36,912 nucleotides of DNA. It comes from Octopus bimaculoides. Its lineage: Eukaryota. Made by a program: the position numbers and the translations under genes. The notes beneath the pieces are model-generated. The model was given only the letters and a program-made list of their open reading frames with translations. It was not told where the DNA came from and searched no databases. Where the stretch lies: the NCBI RefSeq assembly GCF_001194135.2, contig NC_068983.1, positions 126,853,961 to 126,890,872 on the forward strand, read 5' to 3'. This document shows, piece after piece, positions 1-13,065 of the stretch (positions are counted from its first letter, which is position 1; each line of letters opens with the position of its first letter).

Positions 1-1126
1 ATGCATATACATATATACATATATGTATATACATGCATACATGCACACATACACACATATATATGCGCATTCACGTTTTTTGATTTTACAATATTGCTAA
101 TGGTTTCCAGATATATACTATCTAGATATATTTAACCTATTTATTCCTATGATATACACTGAGGCATCATATGTTACTTGCTTTCAATGAATATTAAAAT
201 ATCATAAAATATTGTTGAATGACAACACCAAATGGCAATTACTGAATAGATGTCTATCATTTTCCAAGCTTGTCGACTGATAAAAGTGGGGTAGCTTTGA
301 TACACAGATTTAAATAATATTTCAGCTGATTTTATTCTATTTTTTGTTGGGTGGGGGATAGACAGTAAGTCGTTATTCAAACAACACAAATGCAAAATTA
401 AAAAGAAAATCACATATATCACAATTATGAACGTAGCTCTGGTTAAATCACTTCAAATATGATATTGAAACTAGTTTCTCTCAGAAATTCTTTTTCTTTT
501 ACCAAAATTTCAAACGGATGTTATCTGCATTTATATTGAAAATGGTCGTACAGAATTTTTGAAGCATGATGAATTCAATTTTGATATCGAAATGTATTCA
601 TTGGCCTGAAGATATTTAAATATTCCAAATGATTTTGAATGTTTCATACGATAGAAGTGCATAATATATTATTATCAACTGTGATGAGGAAAATAAATAA
701 GTTACGATCTATGTAAATTTCTTGTGTCTGATATAATTTTTCTTCGAACATTATACTTGATATACGTTCCACTTGCCATTTTAAGAGAATAAATATGCAT
801 TGATACATTATGAGCGTGAATGCTGATATATTGAGGAAGAATTGTTCAAAGTACAGATGCTAGGAAAGATGTGGCATAATAAAAATGGGAATCCCTGAGA
901 AGGACTGCATGATTGTGGAAATTTTACTTTATTCAATATAAAAGAAAAAAAACGAATAATATAAAATGTGAAAAAGCTCAACTGATATATGATTTTGGAG
1001 CATGTTATCTCATGCATATAAAATATTCATCTCAGAAAAATAAGCAGTACAAAATCTACAGTAAAGAGGAATCAGTAAGGATTGCCCATTCATTGTTACA
1101 AATTTGAAACCAAATTGTAAGCAATA

Positions 1127-1343
1127 TGAAGGGGTGTTTAAAAGTTCCTGGCTTTCAGTAAAAAACAATACAGAACGCTCAATTAATTATGATTTTATTC
1201 ATCATATTCCAATCTCAGATTCATAAACCTATTGCAACCTTCCTTCAGGTTTTCCAGGCTCTGTAAAAGTCATTGGACGGTTGGGCCTCCAAAAAGTTCT
1301 CTCGCGTTAACCTTAAAGCTAGGAACTTTTCAGCACTCCTTTG
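1127..1343 (-). mobile_element. Mariner-derived MITE (217 bp) carrying the C-terminal codons of a mariner transposase
   Basis: The inverted ends TGAAGGGGTGTTTAAAAGTTCCTGGCTTT and (reverse complement) CAAAGGAGTGCTGAAAAGTTCCTAGCTTT are flanked by TA at 1125-1126 and 1344-1345. The minus strand reads FLEAQPSNDF / LENLKEGCNRFMNLRLEYDE*, matching the mariner C-terminus (..KLxxRWxKCxxxxGxYVE*). Confidence 0.85.
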
Positions 1344-1459
1344 TAGATAGAAACATAATTTACACACATAAAACAATAACTACAGTCATAGTGATATATA
1401 GGGCAAAAGATAAATTTGTATAATACATAATTGTAAGAAAGTTGTAAAAGAAAATAATA

Positions 1460-2710
1460 TTAGGCTGTCTCACATAAATTGTCGCATTTGAACAGGGAAA
1501 CATTAAAATTGTTTTTTAAGTTTTGGAATATTTATTTATTTAATCAAACTCTTATTGTTTTTCATTTATGAACTTTTCCAACATTCCTCTAAGGCATATA
1601 TTTGATCTTCAAAGTATTTGTCATCTTTTATACTGAATAACTGTTCGAATGCTTCAATTACCTCTTCTTTATTTAAGAATGTCTTATTGCGTATAACAAG
1701 CTTGAAGTGTTCAAATATGTGATAATCAGTAGGGGAGATATTACGAGAATAAGGAGAAGGTGCCAAAATTTCATAATTGAGGCATTGCCACTTGTAGACC
1801 GTAGTTGGAGAAGTGTGAGGCCGTGGAATATCATGGAGCAAAAATGGTTCATATCTATTGACTAATGTGAGCTGCTTCTTTTCTTAATTTTTCAGGCATA
1901 CAATCAATTACATGGCAATAGGATTTTGCTGTTACAGTTTTTCGTTGTTGCAAAAATGAATAATTAATAACCGTCTTTGTTGACCACCATACAGTGACCA
2001 TCAACTTTTTAGGGTGCAATGGTGATTTTGGGTAGTGGTTTGGTGACACTCCTGCATCTAACCACAGTCCTGTCCTTCTGATGTTATCAAAGAGTATTCA
2101 TTTTTCATCACCCGTAATTAGTCGCTACAAAACTGATTCTCTTTCCAACCGAGAAATCAACAAGGAACACACTGTACGGTGTCTGTTTCTCATTAAGTTG
2201 ATGGGGAACAAACCTATCCATATTTTGACTTTTCCAGTCTTCTTCAAGTGTCGAGAAGCAGTTACGGGAGATGTCTGGAGCTGTGATCCGATTTGTCTGT
2301 TATTATCGGATTTCGTTTAACCAAAGCATTCAATTCATCATGCCGAATAACTGATTTTGGTCTCTCTCTTGGTTCATTTTTAAGGCTTCATTTTCTGAAC
2401 GATATCATTGGAGCCATCTTTGAACAGTTCTAATGTCAACAGAATCGTTACCAAAAGCCTGCTTGATGTTTCGTAGACCTTCGGTGGCAGAGTGACTAAA
2501 GTTGTATTCATACAGGAAAATCACTCGGTATTGTTCAGTAGTCAACATTTTCATAAGAGCTGTTGGTAGCAATTTTGAATGATAATATTGTCTAGAATGA
2601 AAGACAGTTAACAGTGAACACAATCACGTACATAGAAATTTCTTAAACATCCATTTATAGATGACTCATAAGAGACCCATTCAAAATACATTTCATGTGA
2701 GACAGCCTAA
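1460..2710 (-). mobile_element. Full-length but inactivated mariner transposon (D34D; Hsmar1/SETMAR-like, probably cecropia group)
   Basis: TIRs share 16 identical terminal nt (TTAGGCTGTCTCACAT). TA target duplication at 1458-1459 and 2711-2712; element length 1251 bp. Minus-strand motifs: HTH (RVIFLYEYNFSHSATEGLRNIKQAFGNDSVDIRTVQRW), FVPHQL, ITGDEK*, PKKLMVTVWWS, HDIPRPH and YSRNISPTDY. Exactly 34 residues separate the 2nd and 3rd catalytic Asp. Stops and frameshifts interrupt the ORF. Confidence 0.95.
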
Positions 2711-2712
2711 TA

Positions 2713-3105
2713 TTTATAAGTTTTAGGTCAAAGTCGACGAATGTCTTCGATTTCATAAACGGAAAACGAAGGAGGCCTGACGTACACACACAACCCACAC
2801 ACACACACACACACACACACGCACGCACGCACGCACGCACACGCACATACACACATTTATATATGCACGTATATGTATATACCTGTGTGCGTTTGTGTGT
2901 GTGTGGGTGCGTGTGTACGCACTATTTGTGGATGTGTGCGTGCGAGTTCACGGTTCTCTACCACCACCACTTGACAAGTTTCCCGTTTAGGAAAAGGAAG
3001 CGATAAAATGAGTAACACCCTTAAAAAAAATAAGTGCTATGGTTTATTCGTTCAAGTAAACCTATAAAGGCAGTGACACAGCATGACCAATAAATTACAT
3101 AAAAA
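2713..3105 (+). mobile_element. Degenerate octopus-type SINE with internal (CA)n/(GT)n tract, 5' truncated
   Basis: AAACGGAAAACGAAGGAGGCCTGACGTA precedes the dinucleotide tract, and CACCACTTGACAA...GATAAAATGAGTA...AAGGCAGTGACACAGCATG follows it. This matches a recalled abundant Octopus SINE layout (from memory, not searched). Confidence 0.55.
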
Positions 3106-3373
3106 ATAAAGCTGATGCAGAATTAGTATGCCGAGAACTACATCATATAATTGCCACTTTCGGAGGAAACCGATCTACTTTCCCTCAGGTCAAGTGTCCC
3201 GAGGAGACGTTCCTCGTTTGATTTCTGAAATGTATAAGTGTTTATACTTATCCCATTAATACCGAAGAGAAAATTTAACGCTTGTCTTAACTAATATTTC
3301 CTGCAAACTATCTAGTTTTCTTTGTTCAATTTAATCATATGCATGTGTGTGAGTGTGTGTCAAGTGAGAACAC

Positions 3374-3400
3374 GTGTGTGTGTGTGTGTGCGTGTGTTTG

Positions 3401-3490
<90 letters not shown>
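3374..3490. repeat. (GT)n / (AGAT)n / (AG)n compound microsatellite
   Basis: Directly visible; the (AG)n run is about 70 bp. Confidence 0.95.
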
Positions 3491-3494
<4 letters not shown>

Positions 3495-4029
3495 GTACGA
3501 AATGTTTAATTGACTCCCGTGTAATGCTTAATGCAATTTATCTATGCTATACTGAAGGGATCTATGTGAGATTGAAATAACTATATGCAAATGTTCAGAA
3601 CTATTTCACTAAAAGAAAACGGAAGAGAAAGAAAAAGTAATCGAATTCGTGAATAAATATAATTTCATTCATCTCAGGAGAATAATAACGGATAAAGAGA
3701 GTCTTCAACGCTGTGCTGGGAAGCAACGAATGAAATCTGAGATTACATTGATGCCAAATTTTCGGACGAGAATTTGTCAATCCCTAATAGGCAACCCTTC
3801 CACCGATCAGTAGCAAAGCTTGTGCGCCAGAGAACGCATAGCAAACACATCATTGCAGATGGCTGAGGATAAACTTCATCGAATAGATGAACGATACTTG
3901 TGTAATTAATTGCTTCAGACTTGTATATGAGACGGCATTATTTATATTCGCAGGGCGAAGTAGGTAAACATTTCAATTATCGTCAGATATTCATTTGTAT
4001 ATTAATGTCAATTTAACTTTAGCCCTAAA

Positions 4030-4030
4030 T

Positions 4031-4095
<65 letters not shown>

Positions 4096-4130
4096 GTTGC
4101 TGCTGCTGCTACTGCCACTGCTGCTGCTGG
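4030..4130. repeat. (CTA)n grading into (CTG)n microsatellite
   Basis: Directly visible; it produces the poly-Leu ORF 3995..4189. Confidence 0.95.
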
Positions 4131-5539
4131 TATCTTTAAATCTTAACGATAGAAGCTTTATAATAAAAAATACCCCTCAGTACTTATAGGCGAATGTTGA
4201 TCCCAGACTTCGCCATTTAGATATTTGTAGTAATTATTATAGTCCATTAAAATTTTATTGAAATGGTATCCTGTACCGAAATCTTAAGATTTGTGTAGCT
4301 GTATACCTACTACAAATGCACCAAAACCAAATCTCTGGGGCTTGTAATTTTGAATTATCCTAGGTCTGAAATCGACTGCTTGTTTATATACAAGAAAATC
4401 GGCTTTATGAAGATTACCAAAAAGTTTCATTTTCAAAAACCAGAAAAAAATAGTCAACTGCTATGGACACAAATTGCTGACCAAGACGATTCAAATTGCT
4501 ACATTTCCTAAAATAAAATTTTCATCAAAATTTTACAAATAATGTGTCAAACTGTTTCTTTTTCGATACTCTCCAAGAAACAGTACTGTAGCAGTTAAAG
4601 TTAAATATTTTCTAAACTTCATATTGATGCCAACTATTACGTATTTGGTGTAGGCAAATGCGCGCTCAATCAAGAGCGTCATAGCACCATATACTCTCAA
4701 AAGTCTGCCTGTAATGTTCAAAATTGATACCTGTAGTCCAATGAGGACATGTCAACGTTTCTGACGTACTGAATCAGCTATTGAAACTAACGTGGGATAA
4801 GTGTAATAAAACGTTCCTCAATATTATTTGTACGATGTTTTCTCGTCAAGGAGCTATGCATCTCTTTCTAAATTCATACAAATGACTTGATAAAAATGAT
4901 GCACCTAAATCATATACATACATAAATTTTTATCTATATATCTATTTATTGTTCCTCTCTTTCTCTCACTATCAGGCCACACACACGCACACACACACAA
5001 ACACATAACTCTCTTTCACCTTACCTCTCCCTCTCTCTCCATCTCTACACCTCTTTCTCTCTCTCTCTCCCTTATATATAGTTGTTAAACAGAAACCATT
5101 AGAAATGTCCCCCATCAAATAAAAATTTCATACAATGTCAGGAGTTAATGAAATATGAATATTTGTGTTTAGTTCAGTTTAGAAGAGGTTTCAATTTAGT
5201 TTTTTTAAAGATGTGAGAAAAGTTGTTCTAAATGGAAAATTGCAGATTGTCCACATCAATCTCAACTGCTTAAATTTGGACTAATTATAGCTACATGTCC
5301 ACATTCTGTGTCATAAATAAAGTTCAAATTTTAGTTCACAAAACAGAGAAAGATTCATGAAATCGGATACTCTCTACTTTTATATTAAGAAGGAAATAAT
5401 AAAGAAAGTAATCTCCATTTGAAATGACTATTTGTGTACTTCCAGGGTGTTATATAAGCATAAGGACACACACACAAACATACCCCGCCACACACACATA
5501 AACGTTCAATGTACAAGGAAAGATCCAGAGGAACAGTTA

Positions 5540-5900
5540 GAGTAACCAAATGTCACATAAGCGCCTAAGAAATTAGTAATGGGGAATGATTCCGAAGAGA
5601 AGTGAGACGTATTTTGGAAAGCATAAGAGTAATGGAAAATGAACACAAACGCACAAGAACGGGAGGTTACATATAATTTCTTTTCCGTATGGAATAACGA
5701 ACCAAATAGTTTTACTAGGGTCATGGTTGGCCAAACATTTATTGAATGAATTCAGTGGATGAAATGCCAATATGAAAATATTCTTTAGTTCCAACAGAAA
5801 CTTTACATTGATAAACAACACTCTTAATTCTGCAATTTTACTAGGGAGATTTCTCATAAAAGAAAAAAAAAATGAAGATATTTTAATTTTTACAGAGAAA
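5540..5900 (-). mobile_element. Second, older Penelope-like retroelement fragment (post-RT linker region)
   Basis: The minus strand reads RNLPSKIAEL.., TIWFVIPYGKEIICNL, then (shifted frame) HFSSESFPITNFLGAYVTFGYSNC. Spacing matches the PLE motif IIWFNPPYS..N..HFP(x9)FNxxxVKxSYSC. Highly diverged. Confidence 0.45.
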
Positions 5901-5989
5901 GGTCATGCGATTTATAGGGAAATTTCTCATTAAAAAAATGTGTAGATATTTTAATTTCTACGCAAACATGGTACGAAGTATAGTTACCT

Positions 5990-6101
5990 CCCTTAGACTG
6001 TTTATTTCAAAATTTACCAAGATTAGATTTTTGAATATTTAGATATAAGTAAATACTGTCTGGATTATTACCTACGGAAGAAACACTATTATTATTATTA
6101 A

Positions 6102-6141
<40 letters not shown>

Positions 6142-6850
6142 GATGTTGTTATTATTATAACTACTTTCAACCAAATTATTAGAGTTTGAATCAGGATCAA
6201 CAGGGTTATAATACTTAATTTGCTCCTCATATACTGCTTTATATAAGGACGTATATATAAATCAGGGTTGTTATTGAAAACGTTAACATTGGCGGATAAT
6301 TTAGAAAGTCTAAGCGATATGTTTTTTACCAGATTTTTTGTTATACTAGTAGGACAATTGCTAAAAATGCTGATATATGGTAGATTGGTTGAAAATGTAT
6401 GGTATGAGAAATACAAAGCTGTATTTAAGTTGAGTGTAAGGTCAAAGAAATTACTCTTTGTTATATAATCATCAAAAGTAATGATGAGGCCCATATTACT
6501 AAATATTTTAACAAGATTATAATTAATATTTCGTAATTTTTTAATAAAGACGTTTTGAAGTAAAAAGATAATCGTCGCGATATAATCTACCGAGGATATA
6601 TGAGAATTGGTCAGCCAGTTCTCATAGAATATAGATATCGACAAGATCTGAACTTTGAGCTGAATTTCTAGATCTCATTGCTAAGCAGGTAGGTCGATCT
6701 TTACGAGCCCCAAATTTATTATCAAATTTGATAATAGATGTTTTAGTTGATTAAGCAACATTAATATCATCTCGGGTGAGGCCGGATTTATTGTGCGCCA
6801 GCAATAATAAATTGGTATATGGATAACAGTTAGCTGGAAAATACTGCCTG
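5990..6850 (-). pseudogene. Penelope-like element (PLE) reverse transcriptase remnant
   Basis: The minus strand gives AMRSRNSAQSSDLVDIYIL (cf. TMGSYDGAExCELVGxYIL) and LYRDD at 6571-6582. After a frameshift it continues GLIITFD..SNFFDLTLNL..LPYISIFSNCPTSITKNLVKNISLRLSKLSAN..F (cf. NFLDVTLDL..YI..SNHPPSI.K.I...I..RLS.LSSN..IF), followed by an (AAT)n tract at 6088-6160. Confidence 0.85.
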
Positions 6851-7044
6851 ATGAGCAGGAATTTGACCACGTGGAGGACAGAAATGCAGCACTTAGCCAT
6901 CGGGAAATCGGTCAGGTTGATGGGGGGAAAGTAGGAAAAGGTGGCATGTCGAAGTATATTCTATATGTGGGTAAGCAGACGCGTTTCGCGAGCATGTGTA
7001 TATTGATGCGAGCGTGCGAATCACTGTCTGTGTCTCTCTCTCTG

Positions 7045-7081
<37 letters not shown>

Positions 7082-10026
7082 TTCCACATATATATACATA
7101 TATATATATCAGGCACAACGAAGAGCATCTTCGTCAAAATCGCTTCTTCACCAAAAACAGTACCGAAAATAGACCCGAAACCATCGGGAGTCGGTTCTCG
7201 TGCATTACTAAGCCTCTGACTGAAACTAGTAGAAGACGAAAGGAACAAAACGGAATATCTATAGAGTACGTTATTAAATCATTTTGGATAAATTAACGCA
7301 ACGATATTATGTCAAATTTTTATGTCGATATACTACGATGAATTTGCACGAAAATGATAATTAAAAAAAAAATATTACTGTATTATTTAAAATGTAGTGA
7401 ACAATACTTTTGTTTCTTTAAGTTACAAATCTATAATCTTTACTACTTAAACGACCTGAAGCAGCTCAATGATTATTGAAAGAGAATCAGGGTATTTATA
7501 TCCCCTATGTTTTATGAACATTTTGCGTTTATTTTGTATGTCGCTATTTTTAGAAAATTCAACTCATAAAACAGTGACGTCTTGATTGTTAATGCTAAAA
7601 TAAAACACGAAAAATGCCACTTTTCTATTGTGTATGAACGTTTTAAATATTTTATCTAGCTGACATTAATCTTAGATCATCGAATACATTCCTGGCAAAA
7701 GTTTGAAACGTTTAAAAAATATTTACCCAGTGATCTAATCCATGGAATTAAACATAGTGAAGTTATTGTCCACATGGATGATTACAAGTTTAACGAGAAA
7801 TAATTTGAGAGGAAAATGAAACAACAAATATTGAAATGATTTCATTGAATATCTTGCACTTTTCTTTTCTTTTCAATTTCGTTGGGTAATATTAAAAGAC
7901 TCTTCTATAAATTATGACACTATATTATTGAATAGAAGTGTTTGATGCATTGACTTATAATAATATTAATACGTTCACTAAACGCAATTTAGCAATAACT
8001 TTAATGGTGATAAAATTCAAACACAAAATTCTGCCATAAATTTGATTTCTTTTCTGATTACTTTACAAAATATTAACTGGGATTAAACATTATATAGCAA
8101 AAGAATGTTCCAACAACTGATATAATCACATTTATATCATAATCTGAGATCTTGTTCAAGAAACATGAATTTGCGCTACAAGCACGGGAAGATTTTAATC
8201 ACTTTGTCATAAAATTCAACCGTTAATATATTGCATTTTTTAGTCATTTACGGTGAACGGAGTGTGACACTTAATATCATAATGGCTGAACATTTAGATT
8301 GGATAGGCTCTAAAAATTCAAAAGAAGAAATTTCAATAGAAATACGCTACATTCAAAAACAGAAGTTGCTTGGTTTTGTGACCTTTCGGATTATCCCTAT
8401 TAAGTGAATTATACATTACTGGGAAGTTATCTACTGCACAGAGATCAAGGATAGTGTTAGTGACCGCTGTAAAGGATATCATATGCGTTGACATAGGATA
8501 TGAGCCGATTAAAGGTTCGGGAGAATAATAGGTTCAACTTAGAGAACGCTCTGCGTTGTATTCTGATATTAAGAAAGAAACGGAGAGCGAAAATGACAAT
8601 ATATATAGTACGTGAAAATTGCTATTTTCGCAGTGTCAATTAAAATAAGAAATATTATAGTTTTAACATTAATAACTTTGTAATCATAATCAGTATTGGT
8701 TGCCATAATATTCGATTTCGGTAGTGAGTAGAGAATGGTATTTCTAAATATCACGTCTATATTAATAAACGTTTGTAAATATTTAAATCTGTTTCGAAAT
8801 CATTTCTTTTTCTGGGGATGTTAAATTTTAGAAAGCACCATTGATTTCCAGATTAGTATGTAGACCAGGATAAGGAAAATATAAGAGAGATGCAATGGTT
8901 AGCTAAGGACTAGAAACAGTTATTCATTATATAAATAGAAAACATATGAGAACTCCAAAACTAGTGTGTGAGAAAAATATGTGATGAAGCTAGATGCAAC
9001 ACTATTATATTATCTAGAAACATTACGAACGTTGCATAACCTATTTCAATAGATTATACATAGAATGTAAAATAGTGTACATATGATATTTATGGTATCA
9101 TTTGACTGTTTCATTGTCAGAGCAATGTTTGTTCAATGGTAGTTAACTTAAAGAAGGAATGGTGATATTCGCTAGTATTTTCGTTATTTCTACTGTAACA
9201 TAATGTAAAGTAAACAAGAAACATGTCTAATTTACAATATGAACCTATATACTAGAATAAATATGTAAAATGTAAATATTTGTAAATGTTGTATATATCT
9301 CCGTTTAAGAAACAACTCACAACTTTGGACACAGTTTACATATTAACTACATGTAGAATAGATAATATTATGGTTGCTAGGAACCTATGTTTAAACGCTG
9401 TGTATTAAATAAATATGTGAGATCAATTTGCAGTATAAAACGTTGACATGTAACTCGAGAGCAATATTGGATATGCGCTGGAGAAATCTATTGGAGCAAA
9501 AAACATATTTACTAAGATATTTCACTTGTACATTCGCTTGTAATTTACTACTATTTCTGTTCTACACTAACGATATTACGAAACCCCTTTATGCAATACA
9601 GCATTTGAAGTAAAACAATAAAAGACAACTGTGTCATAATGTATATTTTTCAAAAGATCAATTTAGTATAATTGTCAATAAGTTGAACAACCTGCAAGCC
9701 GTTATGAGTTGATTTTAAATCAAAGAATCAATGGATGGCAGCAAATGTATGGCATAAAATCCATATTGAATAACAATGTAATAAAAAAGGGATTATATTA
9801 CTTTGAAGATAAATGTCAAGTGTATCGAATTATATAGAAAAATCTGTCGATCACCTAATGAATATATAATGAAATGACAGAAAGCATTTAGTTTATGTTG
9901 CAAAATAACACAAACGTGTATTGAAAATAGAATGCTCTTTACCATTTAAGGAAATCTAAACGTATATTTATATGAATACATACAAACATTCAGGGAGATA
10001 CGTAAGTGGGTATATATATATATATA

Positions 10027-10929
10027 NNNNNNNNNNNNNNNNNNNNNNNNNNNNNNNNNNNNNNNNNNNNNNNNNNNNNNNNNNNNNNNNNNNNNNNNNN
10101 NNNNNNNNNNNNNNNNNNNNNNNNNNNNNNNNNNNNNNNNNNNNNNNNNNNNNNNNNNNNNNNNNNNNNNNNNNNNNNNNNNNNNNNNNNNNNNNNNNNN
10201 NNNNNNNNNNNNNNNNNNNNNNNNNNNNNNNNNNNNNNNNNNNNNNNNNNNNNNNNNNNNNNNNNNNNNNNNNNNNNNNNNNNNNNNNNNNNNNNNNNNN
10301 NNNNNNNNNNNNNNNNNNNNNNNNNNNNNNNNNNNNNNNNNNNNNNNNNNNNNNNNNNNNNNNNNNNNNNNNNNNNNNNNNNNNNNNNNNNNNNNNNNNN
10401 NNNNNNNNNNNNNNNNNNNNNNNNNNNNNNNNNNNNNNNNNNNNNNNNNNNNNNNNNNNNNNNNNNNNNNNNNNNNNNNNNNNNNNNNNNNNNNNNNNNN
10501 NNNNNNNNNNNNNNNNNNNNNNNNNNNNNNNNNNNNNNNNNNNNNNNNNNNNNNNNNNNNNNNNNNNNNNNNNNNNNNNNNNNNNNNNNNNNNNNNNNNN
10601 NNNNNNNNNNNNNNNNNNNNNNNNNNNNNNNNNNNNNNNNNNNNNNNNNNNNNNNNNNNNNNNNNNNNNNNNNNNNNNNNNNNNNNNNNNNNNNNNNNNN
10701 NNNNNNNNNNNNNNNNNNNNNNNNNNNNNNNNNNNNNNNNNNNNNNNNNNNNNNNNNNNNNNNNNNNNNNNNNNNNNNNNNNNNNNNNNNNNNNNNNNNN
10801 NNNNNNNNNNNNNNNNNNNNNNNNNNNNNNNNNNNNNNNNNNNNNNNNNNNNNNNNNNNNNNNNNNNNNNNNNNNNNNNNNNNNNNNNNNNNNNNNNNNN
10901 NNNNNNNNNNNNNNNNNNNNNNNNNNNNN
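10027..10929. other. Assembly gap flanked by (AT)n/(CA)n
   Basis: 903 N; ORFs spanning it are artefacts. Confidence 1.
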
Positions 10930-11033
<104 letters not shown>

Positions 11034-11989
11034 CCATATAAACATGTATGGTACATATATAACTGCATAGGCACGTATAGATACATGCACGTACTGTGTT
11101 ACGTACATGCTTATATACTACCCACACGCACTCAGATGTATATGTCTTTATGTATGCATGAAGGTATCTATGTTGATACGTGTGTAGTGGAAAGTACCAT
11201 TGCCTTGCTGAGAAGCGGATTCTACTGCAAGTGTGCAGAAACTGGTTTATGTGTATCAATATCCATGAATGAATGCATTAAATCAGCCTGGAAATTGGTC
11301 AACTACAATCAAAGCGACTAAAATATTTAAATGTGAACTTTAAGCGTATACACAGCCGAATAATAACGTGTTAATATGCCGGTGGAATATGCTCGTCGAG
11401 GCCTTAATTAAGGAATTTGCGATTGTAAGCCTGCCTCAGTTCTCCCCAATTCTTTCATTTAACTATCAAATTGTTTCTCTATAGCTCATAGTAATTAATT
11501 TCAATGTATTTTCATTATACTTACATTCCATTCATCGCTCTATTCTTTCTACTCGCGAAGCCAAGAATTTCCCTACTCATATCAGAGACGTCTCTCAAAA
11601 TTGTTCTTAAATATTGACCGCATCCGAAAAATAATGCTCAATTTGAGGATATACGACATTCTTATTTCGCCAGCAATATAAAACTTCGTGAGCAACAGGC
11701 ATAAAAATGTCTATTATAATTGACCAAGAAATAAAATAAACAGATATGTGACCAAATATTTTCATACTTACGAATAATTCCATCATTTGAAATAAGAATC
11801 GAACTTATAGTTCATGATGGAAACCGGTTTTATGTTTTGAGAGAAAGGTATTATTTGAACATTAAAGAAAAATTAATATGATGCAAGAAAACAGAAAATA
11901 ATGATAGGCATGGAAACTGAAAATGTAGGCATCAGCCAAGGAAATGCAGACTATAAGAGCAGTTTAAATTCGAAGACGCACACACATGC

Positions 11990-12129
11990 AATCACTTACA
12001 CACAAATACACACATACACACACACACATAAACATACACACATGTACATATATACATGTAAATACAGATGCATATATGTGTGCATATATATATGTGTGTG
12101 TATAAATATATACATACATACATACATAA

Positions 12130-12175
<46 letters not shown>

Positions 12176-12207
12176 GAATACATACATACATATATATATA
12201 TTTAGAG

Positions 12208-12258
<51 letters not shown>
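11990..12258. repeat. Compound (CA)/(AT)/(ATAC)/(AG) microsatellite block
   Basis: Directly visible. Confidence 0.95.
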
Positions 12259-12262
<4 letters not shown>

Positions 12263-13065
12263 TTCACTAGAGTATATAACGCTAATTGTTAAACGGAGCA
12301 GAACGTTTAAAGTGAGAAATGCACACGTTCTAATGTAGTGGATATTTTAGATATAGATTTTAACATGTTATTTTCAATTGAAGATCGTAGAATGTGTTTG
12401 TCATGCAAAGCGTGAAATATACATTCAATGCAAAGGTAAGCCTATTTCTGATATGTTCATTGCATTGCTCGTGTGTATCTTTATCGCGAGTTTACGGTGG
12501 TTTTGGAGTATTGGCTCTGATTTTAGGAAGTGGCATTATATACTCTACTGAATCTAAATTTGCCTTATATTGCGCCTGTAAAGGTGTGACCTTGCTAGCC
12601 AACTTATTATTGCCTTACTAATACTATTAATAACAGGTTATAATATTTCTATATTTAAATCTTTTCTTGCTCACGATAGTTTTCTTTTAAACTGAGCGGG
12701 ACGATTAAAGCCGTTCTGACTCTTAGCCGAAATCTAAATAGGGCAATAATAATAAAGTGTTTATTGGTACTCTACCAATAAGGTATTACCCTACCTGCAT
12801 GGCATTACTTTAAATTCAGTTTAAATGCAAAACATGCAAATTCACAAATGTTTGGAGATCTTTTAAATTTTCAATTTTCAATTTTATCATGTAACAAATC
12901 CTTATCCAGACCTATACGCACTGCTGGATGTTAAAGAACCAAATGAAGGACAGATTTTCAAACCCGGGATCATCCTGATTGCAAAGAGTCAGCATTTCGC
13001 GTTTATTATACATACATATACTACATATATACACACACATATATATGCATATATATAAATATATC

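Noticed and set aside
3995-4189. Poly-Leu, poly-Ile, poly-Val, HT, CV, YI and ER ORFs throughout the window
   Set aside because: They are translations of microsatellites with no domain content.
6848-6890. CTGATGA...GAAA as another hammerhead
   Set aside because: There is no stem II closing pair or stem III/NUH; it lies at the edge of the PLE RT remnant on the opposite strand.
6871-7296. 141-aa plus-strand ORF
   Set aside because: Its middle is (CT)n/(AT)n and the flanks have no recognisable domain.
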